From: Octopus vulgaris
Taxonomy: Eukaryota
Assembly: GCA_951406725.2 (NCBI GenBank)
Contig: OX597815.1
Span: 211,048,001 to 211,112,000, forward strand
Direction of reading: 5' to 3'
DNA: 64,000 nucleotides
Shown here: one piece after another, positions 51,581 through 64,000 of the stretch
Position numbering within the stretch: position 1 is the first letter of the stretch
Layout of the letters: each line of letters begins with the position of its first letter
The notes under the pieces: generated by a model
Database searches by the model: none
The model's input: the letters and a program-made list of their open reading frames with translations, nothing else
What the model was told of the DNA's origin: nothing
Translations under genes and position numbers: made by a program

Positions 51581-51583
51581 ATA

Positions 51584-52474
51584 CGAGGTTTGATCGGTAA
51601 GTATCAGGGCCGTTGACATAGTAACGAAGCTAAAGCAAGCAGAGTAAACCCATTTGGCACAGATTGACCTAGAACACTTGTACATGCGCACTAAGTTTTA
51701 ACGTTCTAGTTCACTTCTGCTGTTCACAGCAGTGCTTGGAAGGAAGGTGCGTAGCGTGTGATTGTTGCATTGACCATGACAGAAAGTTGTCATGGTGGTA
51801 CCTGCTCGGTGGCCTACGCAAAGTTACAGAAAGTGTATGGAGAGGAGTGTATAAGCCGCACCCAAATGTACGAGGGGTTCAGATGTTTCCAGAAGGTCCA
51901 AAATAATGTCGATACTGACGAACGTTCTGGAGACCCACAACCAACAGAACTGAGAAGGGCATCGCAGATGTGCGTGCATCTGTGAAGGAAATTCATCGAA
52001 TCACCATCCGTGAGTTATCAGAGGATGTGCAAATTATTTACCCTTCACTCCAGTCCATTATCACCGAAGATTTAGATATGAAACGTGTGTCTGCCAAGTT
52101 TTGGGTCAAAACTGCTTTCAGTTGCCCAAAACGACACTCGGGTTTCAGTTGCACAAGACCTCCTTGATTGGGTCGAGAATGTTGAATACTTTTTGGAAAC
52201 TTTGCGTAGGCCTCTCAGCAGGTATCGCCAAACTTTTGACAAAATTTGATGCAGATTCTCTGCTTAACTCTCTCTGTCATAGTCATTGTTACGATCACAC
52301 ACTACACGCGTTCCTTCCAAGCACTGCGGTAAACAGTTGAAGTGAGCTAGAACGTTAAAACTTAGTGTGCATGCATAGCAGAGTTCAAGGTCAATTTATG
52401 CCAAACGGCTTTATATTGTGTGATTTAGCTTCGTTACTATGGCAGCAGTCCGGATACTTATTGATCAGACCACG
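51584..52474 (+). mobile_element. Non-autonomous mariner derivative with very long inverted ends
   Basis: TA-CGAGGTTTGATC ... GATCAGACCACG-TA. Transposase N-terminal remnants AYAKLQKVYGEECISRTQMYE..DERSG and RITIRELSEDV..MKRVSAKF. Confidence 0.85.
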
Positions 52475-52698
52475 TATATATTACTGTAAAGCTCGTTCGA
52501 CTGTATATTGGTATATATGTGTTGGTATATTTTTTATCGAAAAACCGTGTTCGTAAAACTCAATTTTATTCGAGAGAGGGTGGCTTTCGTAATTAAGTAG
52601 ATGCGTGTCGCGGCGGCACAGCTACCGAACACAAACACCCGGTGGCTTTTGTAAGACACTCTGTGTCCGGGTCGCATAGTGGAACGTCAGAGGATCAT

Positions 52699-52818
52699 AT
52701 ATCCGAAAAAGAAGGCCCCTCTAAACATTAGAACAGTCATGTATTTACAGTCATATAATTATCTTCTTTTAAGTACATTACTGCTCTAATGTTTAGAGCG
52801 TGCTTCTTTTTCGGATAT
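52699..52818. repeat. 120-bp palindromic element (MITE candidate)
   Basis: atatccgaaaaagaag..ctctaaacattaga / tctaatgtttagag..cttctttttcggatat, arms about 50 bp. Confidence 0.8.
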
Positions 52819-53285
52819 GTCATCCACTGGCATTCCATAACGTGGCCCTGATACAGAGTGTCTTACAAAAGGCCACCAGGTGGTTTGTGTTCGAGAGCTG
52901 GACCGCTGCTACGAGCATCTACGTAATCGTAAAAGCTTCTATCTTTCGAAGGAAACGGAGTTTTGCGATTTCGGTTATTCGACAATATGTATGTGTGTGT
53001 GTGGGGGGGAGGTTGTGTGTATGTGTGTATGTCATGACTGGTACACTTATATTATCATAAAACAATCTGCCTAAGTATAACGGTATGATTACTACTGTTA
53101 TATTGTATACAGAAGAAATAATAAATTTTATCGCAATTTACGACTGGGCCAGCCTTAGTATATATTGTATATATATATATATATAAAGTTCAGCAAAATT
53201 TAGATTCAGATGAATATGGTACTTAAGTTAAAGGCACTAGAATTTTGTATGGTATTATCCATATAAATCAAATGGGGTGATTATA

Positions 53286-53462
53286 ATCAAAATAAGCGAC
53301 AAGGATATTCAAGGTAGAGTAGTACAATTGTTTCATTCTACTTCATTTTATTAAACATGCTCGACATTTTAAAACTGATGTAATACTTAGTGTTTAATAA
53401 AATGAAGTAGCATGAAACGATTGTACTACACTACCTTGGATATCCTTGTTGCTTATTTTGAT
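53286..53462. repeat. Inverted repeat with arms of about 72 bp
   Basis: atcaaaataagcgacaaggata..ttattaaaca / tgtttaataa..tatccttgttgcttattttgat. Confidence 0.85.
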
Positions 53463-53794
53463 ATATAGTATGTAGATAGTTATAATTTAAGTCGTTTTCT
53501 CATGAAACACACCTGCATATTCCAGTACGCTTAAATTGTAAGTAATTGTGCGAGATATGCATAAGCGTTGAACGATAGTTTTTGCCGAGTAATTACAAAT
53601 CAAATAATTTGAACCTTTGTCTGAGGTATTTCTAATAGATATTTTACATGTTTCTCCTGCATGAACAATTTTGTAACTCGTATTAGCAAGTGAAACATGT
53701 ATAGTGATGAATAAATAACACCAAAAAATTGCTTCAATGTGTGATTTGAGATGTATACGTATTATGTATATGTTAGCATTTGTGTGTGTATGTG

Positions 53795-53827
<33 letters not shown>

Positions 53828-53831
53828 GATG

Positions 53832-54052
53832 AAGGCGGCGAGCTGGCAGAAACGTTAGCACGAAATGCTTAGCAGTATTTCGTCTGCCACTACGATCTGA
53901 GATAAAATTCTGAGGTCGACTTTTCTTTTCATCGTTTCGGGGTCGATCAAATAAGTACCAGTTACGCACTGGGGTCGATATAATCGACTTAATCCGTTTG
54001 TCTGTCCTTGTTTGTCCCCTCTGTGTGTAGCCCCTTGTGGGCAATAAAGAAT
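53832..54052 (+). mobile_element. SINE family C
   Basis: Family head and tail. Confidence 0.85.
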
Positions 54053-54139
54053 TAAATATATAATGATTCTTGTTCTAGTGATTTGACTGCGGCCATGCTG
54101 GAGCACCGCGTTAAAGGGTTTCTAGTTGAAGAAATCTAG

Positions 54140-54228
54140 TTGAAAAAATGGATAAGGGAGAGTCTTGAAGATGACCTAAGTTCTGGACGTTCTGCAACTG
54201 CCACCATCGAGTAAAACATTGACATAAG
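54140..54228 (+). mobile_element. Short mariner transposase remnant
   Basis: ESLEDDLSSGRSATATIE*NID resembles the SLEDDPRSGRP motif. Confidence 0.55.
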
Positions 54229-54370
54229 CTGTCAATAGCCGGAAAATTGCTTTTGCTACCGTTCAAATCCAACACCACCGACTTACTGTGTGCATCCAGA
54301 AAAAAATCTTCAGTACCTCGCAATAAAGCATTTCTCACACGAACTGTACAGTCCACCGCCTTATTCATTT

Positions 54371-54570
54371 CTACAAGGCCCGAAATTTTGGGGAAGCGTT
54401 CTAATCGATTAGATCGATCCCAGTAGGCAACTGGTACTTAATTTATCGACTCCGGAAGGATGAAAGACAAAGTCGACCTCGGCGAAATTTGAACTCAGAA
54501 TGTGAAGACAGACGAAATACCGCTAAGCATTTCGCCCGTCGTGCTAACATTTCTGCCAGCTCGCCAACTT
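54371..54570 (-). mobile_element. SINE family C, short-tail variant
   Basis: Head and Meta-like block in reverse. Confidence 0.8.
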
Positions 54571-55488
54571 ATTCCACCGCCTGATTCTGACATTCCACAT
54601 GAGTTACATATTTCGCAGTCTTGAAAAATACGTGCTAGTGCGCGCATCTCAGAAATTCTGGCCTCTCAGATAATTAACACTTGTATAGGTTGCTGCAGTA
54701 AAAAGCAGCGCGTCAAAATACCGACCTTTTCCAAAGTAAGAATGTTACAACAAAGAATACTTACACTTATTGTACCCAATGACTCGCTAGAGGTGTCAGT
54801 CCGGGCGACGGTTTATTTCATAATTACATCACGCCAATATATTTCTTTGTATAAATATTTAAAATGTTTAAATGACATTATTATTCAGATAAAAGTATAG
54901 AAAATTGAATCTTTGCACAAGCTGCTGTGTGGCTTTCATTATCACACGAATTTTGAATATCCTATTTAAATCATTATTCGATATCACAGTGTGCTAAACT
55001 GTCTGCATCATACAGCCTTTAAAATCTGTAAATTCAAAATATTTTGCGCAGTATTATACGATAATAAAGCATATAAGCTCTTGTTTGTTGTAAAGGAAAT
55101 TACATTTAAGTAATAAGAATTTTCTGGATACTTTTTTTCTTCGGATTTACAAACTATAAACTATTTGAATAAATTTAGTTGAATTAGTCATACATATGTG
55201 TGTACGTCAATGTGTGTGTATGTAATGTTTGTGCGTGTGTATGTGTGCAAGTTGCATTTGCTACAGTGAGTAGTCGATGCAGCGGAAACACATGTAGGTC
55301 TTTATAATATTCTGTATATAACTATAAAATAAATTTTGCGGATGTACAAGTCTCTTTATTTTTATTTTTACTACTAATATTAATATATGAACATGTTTGC
55401 ATACATATATACATAAATGTATATATACATATATAAGTATACATAAACATAAATGTATTTGCGTATATATGTAGATATGAGAATGTGT

Positions 55489-55757
55489 GTGAAGGTGCAT
55501 GGTTCGGTGGCAAGAGAGTTGAGTATACAATCGAGAGGTTCTGAGTTCGATTCCCAGACCGGGCTGAGTTGTGTTCTTGTGTAAGACACAATTTCACGTT
55601 GTTCCCGTTCACTCAGCTGTAGAAATGACTTATGACGTCACTGGGACCAAGCTCTATTGGCCTTTGCCTTCCCCTTGGACAGTATCGGTGACGTAAAGAG
55701 GGGAGACAGGTATGCATGGGCGACTGCCAGTCTTCCACAAACCTTACCAGGACCTGA
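55489..55757 (+). mobile_element. SINE family D
   Basis: Matches 51274-51580. Confidence 0.75.
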
Positions 55758-57121
55758 AGATTATGATGTTTTCTATACGAATATGTCATTGTAAACAATG
55801 CAACTAAAAATAGAAAAGAGGTGATGAGTGTATATGCATATTTCAGGAGTTCTTGCTCCTTCTTCAGCGTCATATCCAATCCATTAAATATCCACAAATA
55901 CCTTGCTGAAATAGTCACTAAATTTAGCGCTGTAACACTATCTCTCACGTTGTCCGACTGTCCATCTTCCCTTGTTCAATTTTGGCTATTTCTACTTATG
56001 ATATGATATGCACACTTTGAACTCCTTGTAAAATTCGGATAACTCCGGCTTTATGGGTATATATGGACTCGAGGCAGACACTTCCTAACTTCTTGAAAGT
56101 TTTGTTTTGCAAGCTCAGAACTGAACTATCTGAATGAATAACCTACTGAACTGGACTGAATGTTCTAAGTTTATATATACATGCTTTGTAGTGTTTCTCT
56201 GAACACAGTTTCAGTTTATATGTTACTTTTCTGGAATGTATCCTCAATGTTAATTAAACATCCATTGTGTAATGAAAATAGTACTTTAAGCATTCCACGA
56301 AGACAAATTTTATTACACTATTGCCGTGTCTTTGCCCCCAATATTTATTTCCATCTGAATTCTAAATTCGCAACGAAAACGCGTTTGCAATGCCTCCCAG
56401 TACGATTTAGGAGATATTCCTCCTTGGTTCTTTAGTAATTTCACTGTCTTCCATGGTAAATAAATTGATTTCACTTTGGTTCATATTGTCATAAGTTTTT
56501 GACATTTTGTTTTTCATTCAAAATTTTTGATTGAAATTCTTGGAATCTACTAAGCTAGTTTAAACTATGCACTTTATCGATAAACACTTTGTTTGAGAGA
56601 ATTCATGGAATCAAGTTCTGAGAAAAGTATTTATAAAGTTTATATTTGCTTAGTTTGCAATTGTCTTCATGCCTTTATATTTTATTATTTTTGCTGTGTT
56701 ATTAAGATGCATATCATCTATTAAAAAAAAAACCTTTTAAACATTATAAAAATTGTATTCTTGGGTAATATTTGTGCATATCTAGTCGTGTATGTTGTTG
56801 AGTTATAATCAAAAACACTTTATTGGATTTAGTTTGAGTTAGGATTGTTCCTACCAGACACTGGACAATAATCTTTTCGAGAAAGGTTTGAGATATTGTA
56901 TTATTTATACTTTCAGAAGATTTTAGTAACATAAAATTTTAAAAAATCAACTGGTGATCGAAAACGCCAAGCGACCTCCGTTATCTGCAGCTTATCTCTT
57001 ACTTTGACGTTTACCTGAAGAGATTAATATTTACATTCATGCACTCTAAGACAGAATACTCAAGCAATTCTATAATCAATTACTAGAGTAGATATTATAC
57101 GACTTACTGATTTCATAATGT

Positions 57122-57630
57122 AAAAACTTAGATAAAACTTAGATATGTTTCGACCAGAGATTGGTCCAGGCCATGTCTAACTTAATAGCACCACCTGATA
57201 GGATTATTCGAATCCTGTTTAAGTCAAGTTTTGTTCAAGTAGTGAGTTCTTGTTGGGTGAGTTGTATCCAGTTTTGTTCAAGTAGTGAGTTCTTGTTGGG
57301 TGAGTTGTATCCAATTATGGGTGGCTTGTCTGGTATTCTTTGAAGGAATCTATCCAGACTCTGTTTGAAGTTGATGGGATCCTTTTCCTCTTTGATCTCC
57401 CTCGGGACAATGTTAAATAGGGCAGGGCCTGTTGAGGAAAAGAAATTATGTTGCAGTGTACATGTATGTTGTGATCTTGAATTTGGCAGGGGACGTATAG
57501 CCCGTGGTCCAAGTCTCGGATGAACCTTGAAGCTAATGTTTAGGTCGTTTGGGCAAAGTTGGCGGTATATTTTCCACATCGTACAAATGATGTACCGCTC
57601 ACGGCGACGCTGGAGGGAGTAAAGTTTCAA
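57122..57630 (-). mobile_element. 5'-truncated LINE related to the 5536-10273 element
   Basis: LYSLQRRRERYIICTMWKI..HPRLGPRAIRP..GPALFNI..PDKP; shared 3'UTR; tail (TCTAAGTTTTA)2; 42-bp duplication at the ORF end. Confidence 0.9.
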
Positions 57631-58299
57631 GGCTTGATAAGTTTTAACTTATCAATCGTTGTTCAAATATTTGAAGTTTCACTGAAAAAAGAAAATTTTC
57701 ACGTATCTAGTGACATTCTCGGAACATTATCCCATTATCATGGCATCATGAACACATGGTTTTATTTCCTGAAAATTTCCATAAATTTGTTATTTTGCGC
57801 ACCTGCTGGCATTATTTTAAGATCTCAGCAATCTTGTATGATATTTCACAAGAACGGCAGAGCCTTATTCTCTTAATGAACATCCTTACCGTTTTGATTT
57901 ACTTTTCCCGTTTATATACCTTTCAGCTGGTGTAATATTAGGAATTGATATATGGCTCATATGGCTTTAATAATTGGAAATTATATGCACTTATAGGGGG
58001 TGAAATGGTATAACTATTTAGACTCTCCAAGGCTTGTGAAATTCATGTTTGAACTACTATCGATCAAATCCTGTAGAAAGCATGTGAGTAGAAAAATGAT
58101 TTAAAAGTACTAGAAGTTCTCGATAGAGAATAACTTAATATGGTAAGTGTCTGCGAAACAGACATAGTAAAAGTAACAAGAGGAGAAAAAAATACGGACC
58201 TCTGTTAGAACTGGTTCAACTAAGAAGAGACCGTTGAAGTAGCGAGAGATAAGGTTGAGATAATGCGTTGTGGCCGGTGGCAGTAGCATGATTTTTTTT

Positions 58300-59150
58300 A
58301 TGAATAAGCTAAATGGCTTTCTTTTGAATGCAGTCGAAAATATTCGTGTGTAGCAGTATTAGAAATCCAAACATAAGAGTACTATAATGTGGATATAATA
58401 TAAATTTTAGCAATATGCTCCTGCAAAGGGATTGGGCTGTACAAGACTGCTTTTTTGACATGATTGTTACATCTTGCCGATATGCTAAAGAGGTTCCATA
58501 ATGTTTGAATAACTTGTGCATCTATGAAAGATACGAGAGAAGACAGCAATAAATACTGATTGTACGAAATAGCATAAGTTTCTATGTTTGTGCCAATTGT
58601 ATTCGTTGGAATTGTAAGAAAATGAAATGGAATTTTGGGCATTGATATAACAGATGATGAAGTCCTGACCAGAAAGTGTCATTTTAACAACATTTGTTGG
58701 TTGGGGGGATTCAGGAAGCAGTCGTGATAGAAGATGAATTTAAAGGAGTCAAAACGGATTTAGCCAGTGTAAGTGAAAGTCATTGTTTCTTTTATTCAGA
58801 TTAATTGCACAGCAGATTTTATGTAAGAGCAGATACCACCTTCGAGGAGAGCGAAATTCGAATATATAGAAAAGCTTGTACAAAAGACTTGAGTTTGAAT
58901 TAGCGAATGAGAGATATGTATCAAAAGGCAATAACATTTGGAATTCACGTGTTTCTAGGAGTTGATTGGTAAGATTAAAGTTAAGTGTAAATAGTCGGTA
59001 CGGAAAGCAACTGACATTTCCATAATACAGCCACAGTAATAATATATAACTGTAGGATTTGCAGTCAGGAAAAGCTAATTCATGGACATTTTTAGATGTC
59101 TCTCTGACCGGAAGCTTTTGCAATGAAATAAAATCCTGTCTCTTGATATA
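58300..59150 (+). mobile_element. Possible very old LINE 3' remnant (RTE-X/L2-like)
   Basis: Broken frames give LYKRLEFELANERYV..LVRLKLS and YNCRICSQEK; weak. Confidence 0.3.
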
Positions 59151-59662
59151 ATTCATCAGACAAAATGTTTTTCAAAACAGTAAAAAAAATGACTGCAAAA
59201 TATCCTTTGACTATAATTAAAATACCATAACATTAAAAGTTAAACTTTCTGTGGACAGAAAAACCCTGTAAATAAAGAATATATCTTAAGAAAAACAGCA
59301 TAATGTTCCACGATATATCTGAGCGATGAATTTGACACATCACAGTATTCACACCTTAGGAAGTCCTGTGAGTTAAGATTTTAATGCATGGGAATTTTTG
59401 AAGTTCGAACTACTGAGAAGTATCACATTCGAAATGTGTCATTATTTAAAATTCTGAGAAGAAATATAAATATTTAAATGTAGACAGATAGATGCTCAAA
59501 GTAAAAGCTAAAAGATATGATTAAGACCGTGTAAAATGAGAAATTTTGGGTGGGGAAATGGTTAAATTCTTTATTTATTCCTTTCTTCACATAAGATATT
59601 TTCCTTAGAAAGTAATAAAGAACATTTATTGTAAAACATGAATCCCCACCATACACACACAA

Positions 59663-59709
<47 letters not shown>

Positions 59710-59806
59710 CACACATTGATTTCATTCATTTTCACGTCATTAGCGATCACTTCAATATCAGAATTTATTTTACAGATCTCAGAATGATAAAACGTAAAGT
59801 TGTCAT

Positions 59807-60430
59807 TTAGTTAGTTAGTTAGTTAATTTTTTGGCCCAAAAAGCAAAAAGCAAGGCCATGTAGGGGGACATGGAGTTATGTACAGGGTGGTGTTCATGTA
59901 AAGAGTTCAGGCCGCTTGTGGTCAAGGGAGACTTTGAACCGAGCGGTCGTCGGCATCTTCAATATCTCGTCCGGCAGCTTATTCCACGGATCCGCAACCC
60001 GGACGGAGAAAGCCCCTCTCCTTCGATTGAGATGAAATCGTCGCAGATAGAGCTTTTCGGAGTGACCCCGCAGCCGACGCTCTGGAGCAGGAGTGAAGAA
60101 CAGCTCTTTCGAGAGGTTACACTTTCCGCTTATGATGTTGTGAGCAAGAATGAGATCACCACGGCGTCGTCGTTTTTCTAGAGAATAAAGGTCGAGCGTC
60201 TTCAGCCTTTCTTCATAAGACAAATTCTTGAGACCAAGAACCATGCGAGTAGCCAGCTTCTGGACTCTTTCGAGATGCTGTATGTCTTTGAGGAGATAAG
60301 GAGAAGAGGCTTGAATTCCGTACTCCAATATGGGTCTCACCAGCGTGACATAGAGCGGTAGGAATATGGCTGCTGTGAGCATTCCGAATGACCGTCGAAT
60401 CAAGAACAGAACTCCGCGTGCTTTCTTTTC
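59807..60430 (-). mobile_element. CR1-type LINE, 5'-truncated
   Basis: LYVTLVRPILEY, LERVQKLATRMV, LSYEERL, SLEKRRRRGDLI, LRGHS.KL, WNKLP; (CTAA)n tail. Confidence 0.92.
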
Positions 60431-60784
60431 AGTGACGGAGCTCAGAACATAAATGAGGAGAGCCAATTAGTTCACAATATTTTGTCCGACGATCTAGCGA
60501 TTCCGCCATCTATCTGCCGTATTCATTTATTTATTTTTTACTTATGTATAAGCCAAATGAAAGACTAAGTTACAGTAATAAATAATCTTGTGACTCACCT
60601 ATTTTATCACTAGGCCTTATCAGATAGCGGCTTCAAGGAATAAGTTTCTTACCCTCTCATACACTCCAAATGATTATTTGCTTCCCAACCAACAGTTTCA
60701 TGAGTGTTAAGATCGATATAAGTGGGAAATTTCAAACTCTTTTAGATAAGCTGCTTAATAACATATAGGAAATATCTCGTTTTT

Positions 60785-61040
60785 GGATTTGGTTTGCAAG
60801 ATTCTTTATGAGTTCGTGTGTTGAAGCATATTCCGTTGTGTCTGGGGAGAGTCATTTTCTTTTTGTGTCTTATAATGTAACACACTCACCGGTAAAATTT
60901 CCACATTTCTTATTTTTATTTTCCTAAAATTTTCGTTGCATCTTGCAACCTTTTCAATAGTCTTGTCTATTTTACCGGTGAGTGTGTTATATTATAAGAC
61001 ACAAAAAGAAAATGACTCTCCCCAGACACAACAGAACATA
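60785..61040. repeat. Dispersed repeat with an adjacent inverted partial copy
   Basis: 60829-60898 is inverted at 60969-61040; homologous to 18885-19080. Confidence 0.75.
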
Positions 61041-61653
61041 CAGGAAAATTTTAACGAAATTTAACAAAAGTTCCGCAAACACACAAAATAGTTGTGGTCT
61101 TTCCAGCATGTCAGCACTCGTCATCAAGTCTATTGAACACGACAGTCCAGATTGATTTAGTAGACAGACGGGAGACTTGTCCCTTAGATCAAACATGCAA
61201 CATGAAATTGTTTGCACATGAAGCAGAACTATGCAAATTCAGATAGTTGAAAAGGAATATCACACAAATGTGGTCGATGATAAATTCAAACCAAAATTTT
61301 ATAACTACACGACACATCAAGGAAAGGACTTCTACGACGCTAAAGAGACACATCTACAAACTAATTACATTAGCTAGAAGAACTATGAAAGATCGGAGTC
61401 ATATGTCACTAAATCAAGAAAACTTAGATCTCGCCTAGTAGAATTGGCACACATTTTATACGGATTAAAATTAGTTTGGCAGGCATCTGGCTAAAACTCT
61501 GCTGACTATCAGAAACATTTAGAGTATGTTCTCACGCCTAAATATATATTCTTACTCAGTAGGAAATCCACCATATCTTCGTCCCTTCTACATCTTAGAC
61601 AGTACGTTTTTATGCTAGTAGCCTCATGGAGGGGGCTACTAGCATCAACAGGG

Positions 61654-61700
<47 letters not shown>

Positions 61701-61718
61701 GTATATACATACATGTGT

Positions 61719-61951
61719 TATTTCTTTATTGCCCACAAGGGGTTAAACATAGAAGGGACAAACAAGAACAGACAAACGGATTAAGTCGATTACATTGACC
61801 CCAGTGCGTAACTGGTGGTTAATTTATCGACCCCGAAAGGATAAAAGGCAAAGTCGACCTCGGCGGAATTTGAACTCAGAACGTAACGGCAGACGAAATA
61901 CCGCTAGGCATTTCGCCCGGCGTGCTAACGTTTCTGCCAACTCGCCGCCTT
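61719..61951 (-). mobile_element. SINE family C, full length
   Basis: Matches the family consensus. Confidence 0.85.
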
Positions 61952-63744
61952 GTATACATACATGTGTGTATGCACATAGGTATGTATAGGAGTTTGTGTA
62001 TGTATTTCCCTCCCGGTCTTTTAGAAATATTCTTTTTAAACCTAAAACGACCTAATGTACTTAATTTGACTTTCAATGTACCTTTTTCGTGCACATTAGT
62101 TCTCACTTTAATATATTCTTCCTTTTTACCGTTTATTCTCGCTACTTCTCTGATACTTGGCCTGAATATTCGTTGTTGCAACCAAAAATTGCATCCTCTC
62201 TGAATAAAATAGACTTGTGTCTGCACGGAACTTAATTAGTATTTTTGTATTCTTTATAAAGACCACTTTTAAATCTTCTATAAACTGAGTTCTCTATACT
62301 TGTTGAAAATTATCCATATAGTAATTACGCGTGTGTATATTCATACGTGTGTGTGTTTACATACACACCTTAATGTCTTTTGGCGGTGTGGGAGGGGCAA
62401 GTTCTAAATAAAAGCAATTTAACATTAAACGAAAACCTTATTCAATATTTTTTAGTAGAGTATATGCTGATTTTTGTTTTACAAAGGAAAGGTTGACGGT
62501 GATTTGTGTGTGTGTGTGTGTATTTTTGGTTGTGAATTTCAATTGCAAAAACATGGAAAACACCAAACTGGAATCGCTCCCTTTGCTATTGGTACTACAA
62601 AGAAGCGTCATACCTGTTGGGTGTGTGAAAGGTTCTCTTTAAGTAAAGACAAAGGAAATGGAATCGATAAGAAACCTACTACTACTATTGCTGCCGCTGT
62701 TGTTACAAGTAGTAGTAGTAGTAGTAAGTTCAGTGTTCGATGTATTTAAGGTTCAATTATATGTTACACGGGTCGACATGAGAGCAGAACGAAAATGAAT
62801 TAAACATATTTCCGGTCTTCTGTTGTTAACCATCTTAACTGCTCTAACCCTCTTAATAGCTTCAGAGATCTTCACATTATTCGCTATAGACTTCTTACAG
62901 CATTCACTGATTAATTTAAATGTAGCTAGAATAGTAAATATTAGGTTAAATGATTCAAAACTTATACTCATTGCGCAACGTATTCAAAGCAAATACAGAG
63001 AAGATTTACAATGGATACGGCGAATGGAATGTATTATGATGGCAATTCCGTCACGTAAAACTAATTGATTTGTCCATCAGACAATGGACTTAAGTTCGCA
63101 AATGAAATTCAGAAATATCTTCTTGTTACGACAAATTGTTGAATATAAACTAAATCGTATGTGTTGATGTGCACTCGTGTAATAAAAATACGATTAACAA
63201 TGATTGCTTCTAAACACAGTAAGTATTTGATACAAGGAGAGGGTGGGGCTTCACCGAGACTATCAGCTCCATTTCTTAACTGGTTCTTTATTTTACTGAG
63301 CCTGGAGGAGAAATTGAAGATGGCTTCCGTGAAATTTAAACTCAATTCTGACGGAATTGTATTGCAAAAGCAAATCTACTGTCTTCATTGGAGGCTGACC
63401 GCAGATTAGTGGCCTATGGCGTATATTTTCATATTTTGAAATATGTGTAATGCCAAAGTGGAAGCGAATGTTTTCTCTGAAATCACAAATGTAAATTTTG
63501 CTCACTGACATTTGTGCCACACATTGAAGATAAGTAATTTTTTTAAAAATTCAATTTACTTTCTTTATTCAGTTATTTAGAAGAGCTTGCAAAACCTCTG
63601 GGCAACTCCTGCAGTTTCTCCTGAGACAAAGCATCTCTGATGTTTATTTCACCTATATCCTTTTTTTTTTTTTTTTTACTTAAGGAATGGACAATCTAAA
63701 CCTGTTTGGTGATGGGATTCAGAAGCGAAGTACTTCTAAAAAGC

Positions 63745-64000
63745 ATTGGCATCCTTTCTGTCTCGGGAGACAATGGAGTTGCGCATGAAGTAGTCTAGTC
63801 CGGCTTTTATATTTCATATCCTGATACATACTTTTAGTTGCTTGCCTGCTGCAGAGGTTGCAGGCCGCTTTTCGAGTCATACTCTTAGCTCCAAGCACCC
63901 AATGGAGCAGGCGGCTTGTGGCGGGTCTGGCGTAAAATATGGGCGCTACGGGTTACCTCTGACGGTAGGAGGGACCTCCGTGTCCTATTGGTTAGCTACT
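63745..64000 (-). mobile_element. RTE-derived non-autonomous element, runs off the window
   Basis: Minus strand ends GCGCAACTCCATTGTCTCCCGAGACAGAAAGGATGCC, resembling BovB/RTE 3' ends, preceded by GC-rich UTR-like sequence without an ORF. Confidence 0.5.

Noticed and set aside
55760-56450. L1-like ORF1 remnant on the minus strand
   Set aside because: Only faint motif resemblance across broken frames; not supportable.

Overview
AT-rich, repeat-dense eukaryotic DNA with no intact multi-exon host gene that I can recognise. The SINE, LINE and MITE repertoire and the microsatellite load point to a coleoid cephalopod, probably Octopus (inference). The largest object is a near full-length but disrupted APE/RT non-LTR retrotransposon (5536-10273, minus) sitting inside a (TA)n tract. 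Its ORF1 is unusual: a Myb/SANT-like N-terminus, poly-Q, and two CCCH zinc fingers hidden in a shifted frame. The rest comprises about 40 copies of five SINE or SINE-like families; remnants of Tx1/L1-, RTE- and CR1-type LINEs; three non-autonomous Helitrons; piggyBac-type and Tc1/mariner MITEs or remnants; a decayed hAT transposase; several long hairpins; and microsatellites. Almost all ORFs in the track are repeat or low-complexity artefacts. Best leads: the LINE ORF1 architecture, a covarying LINE 3'UTR stem-loop, a candidate HDV-like ribozyme in an RTE 5'UTR, SINE tail swapping, and a CpG-decay boundary next to a promoter-like site at about 38.5 kb.
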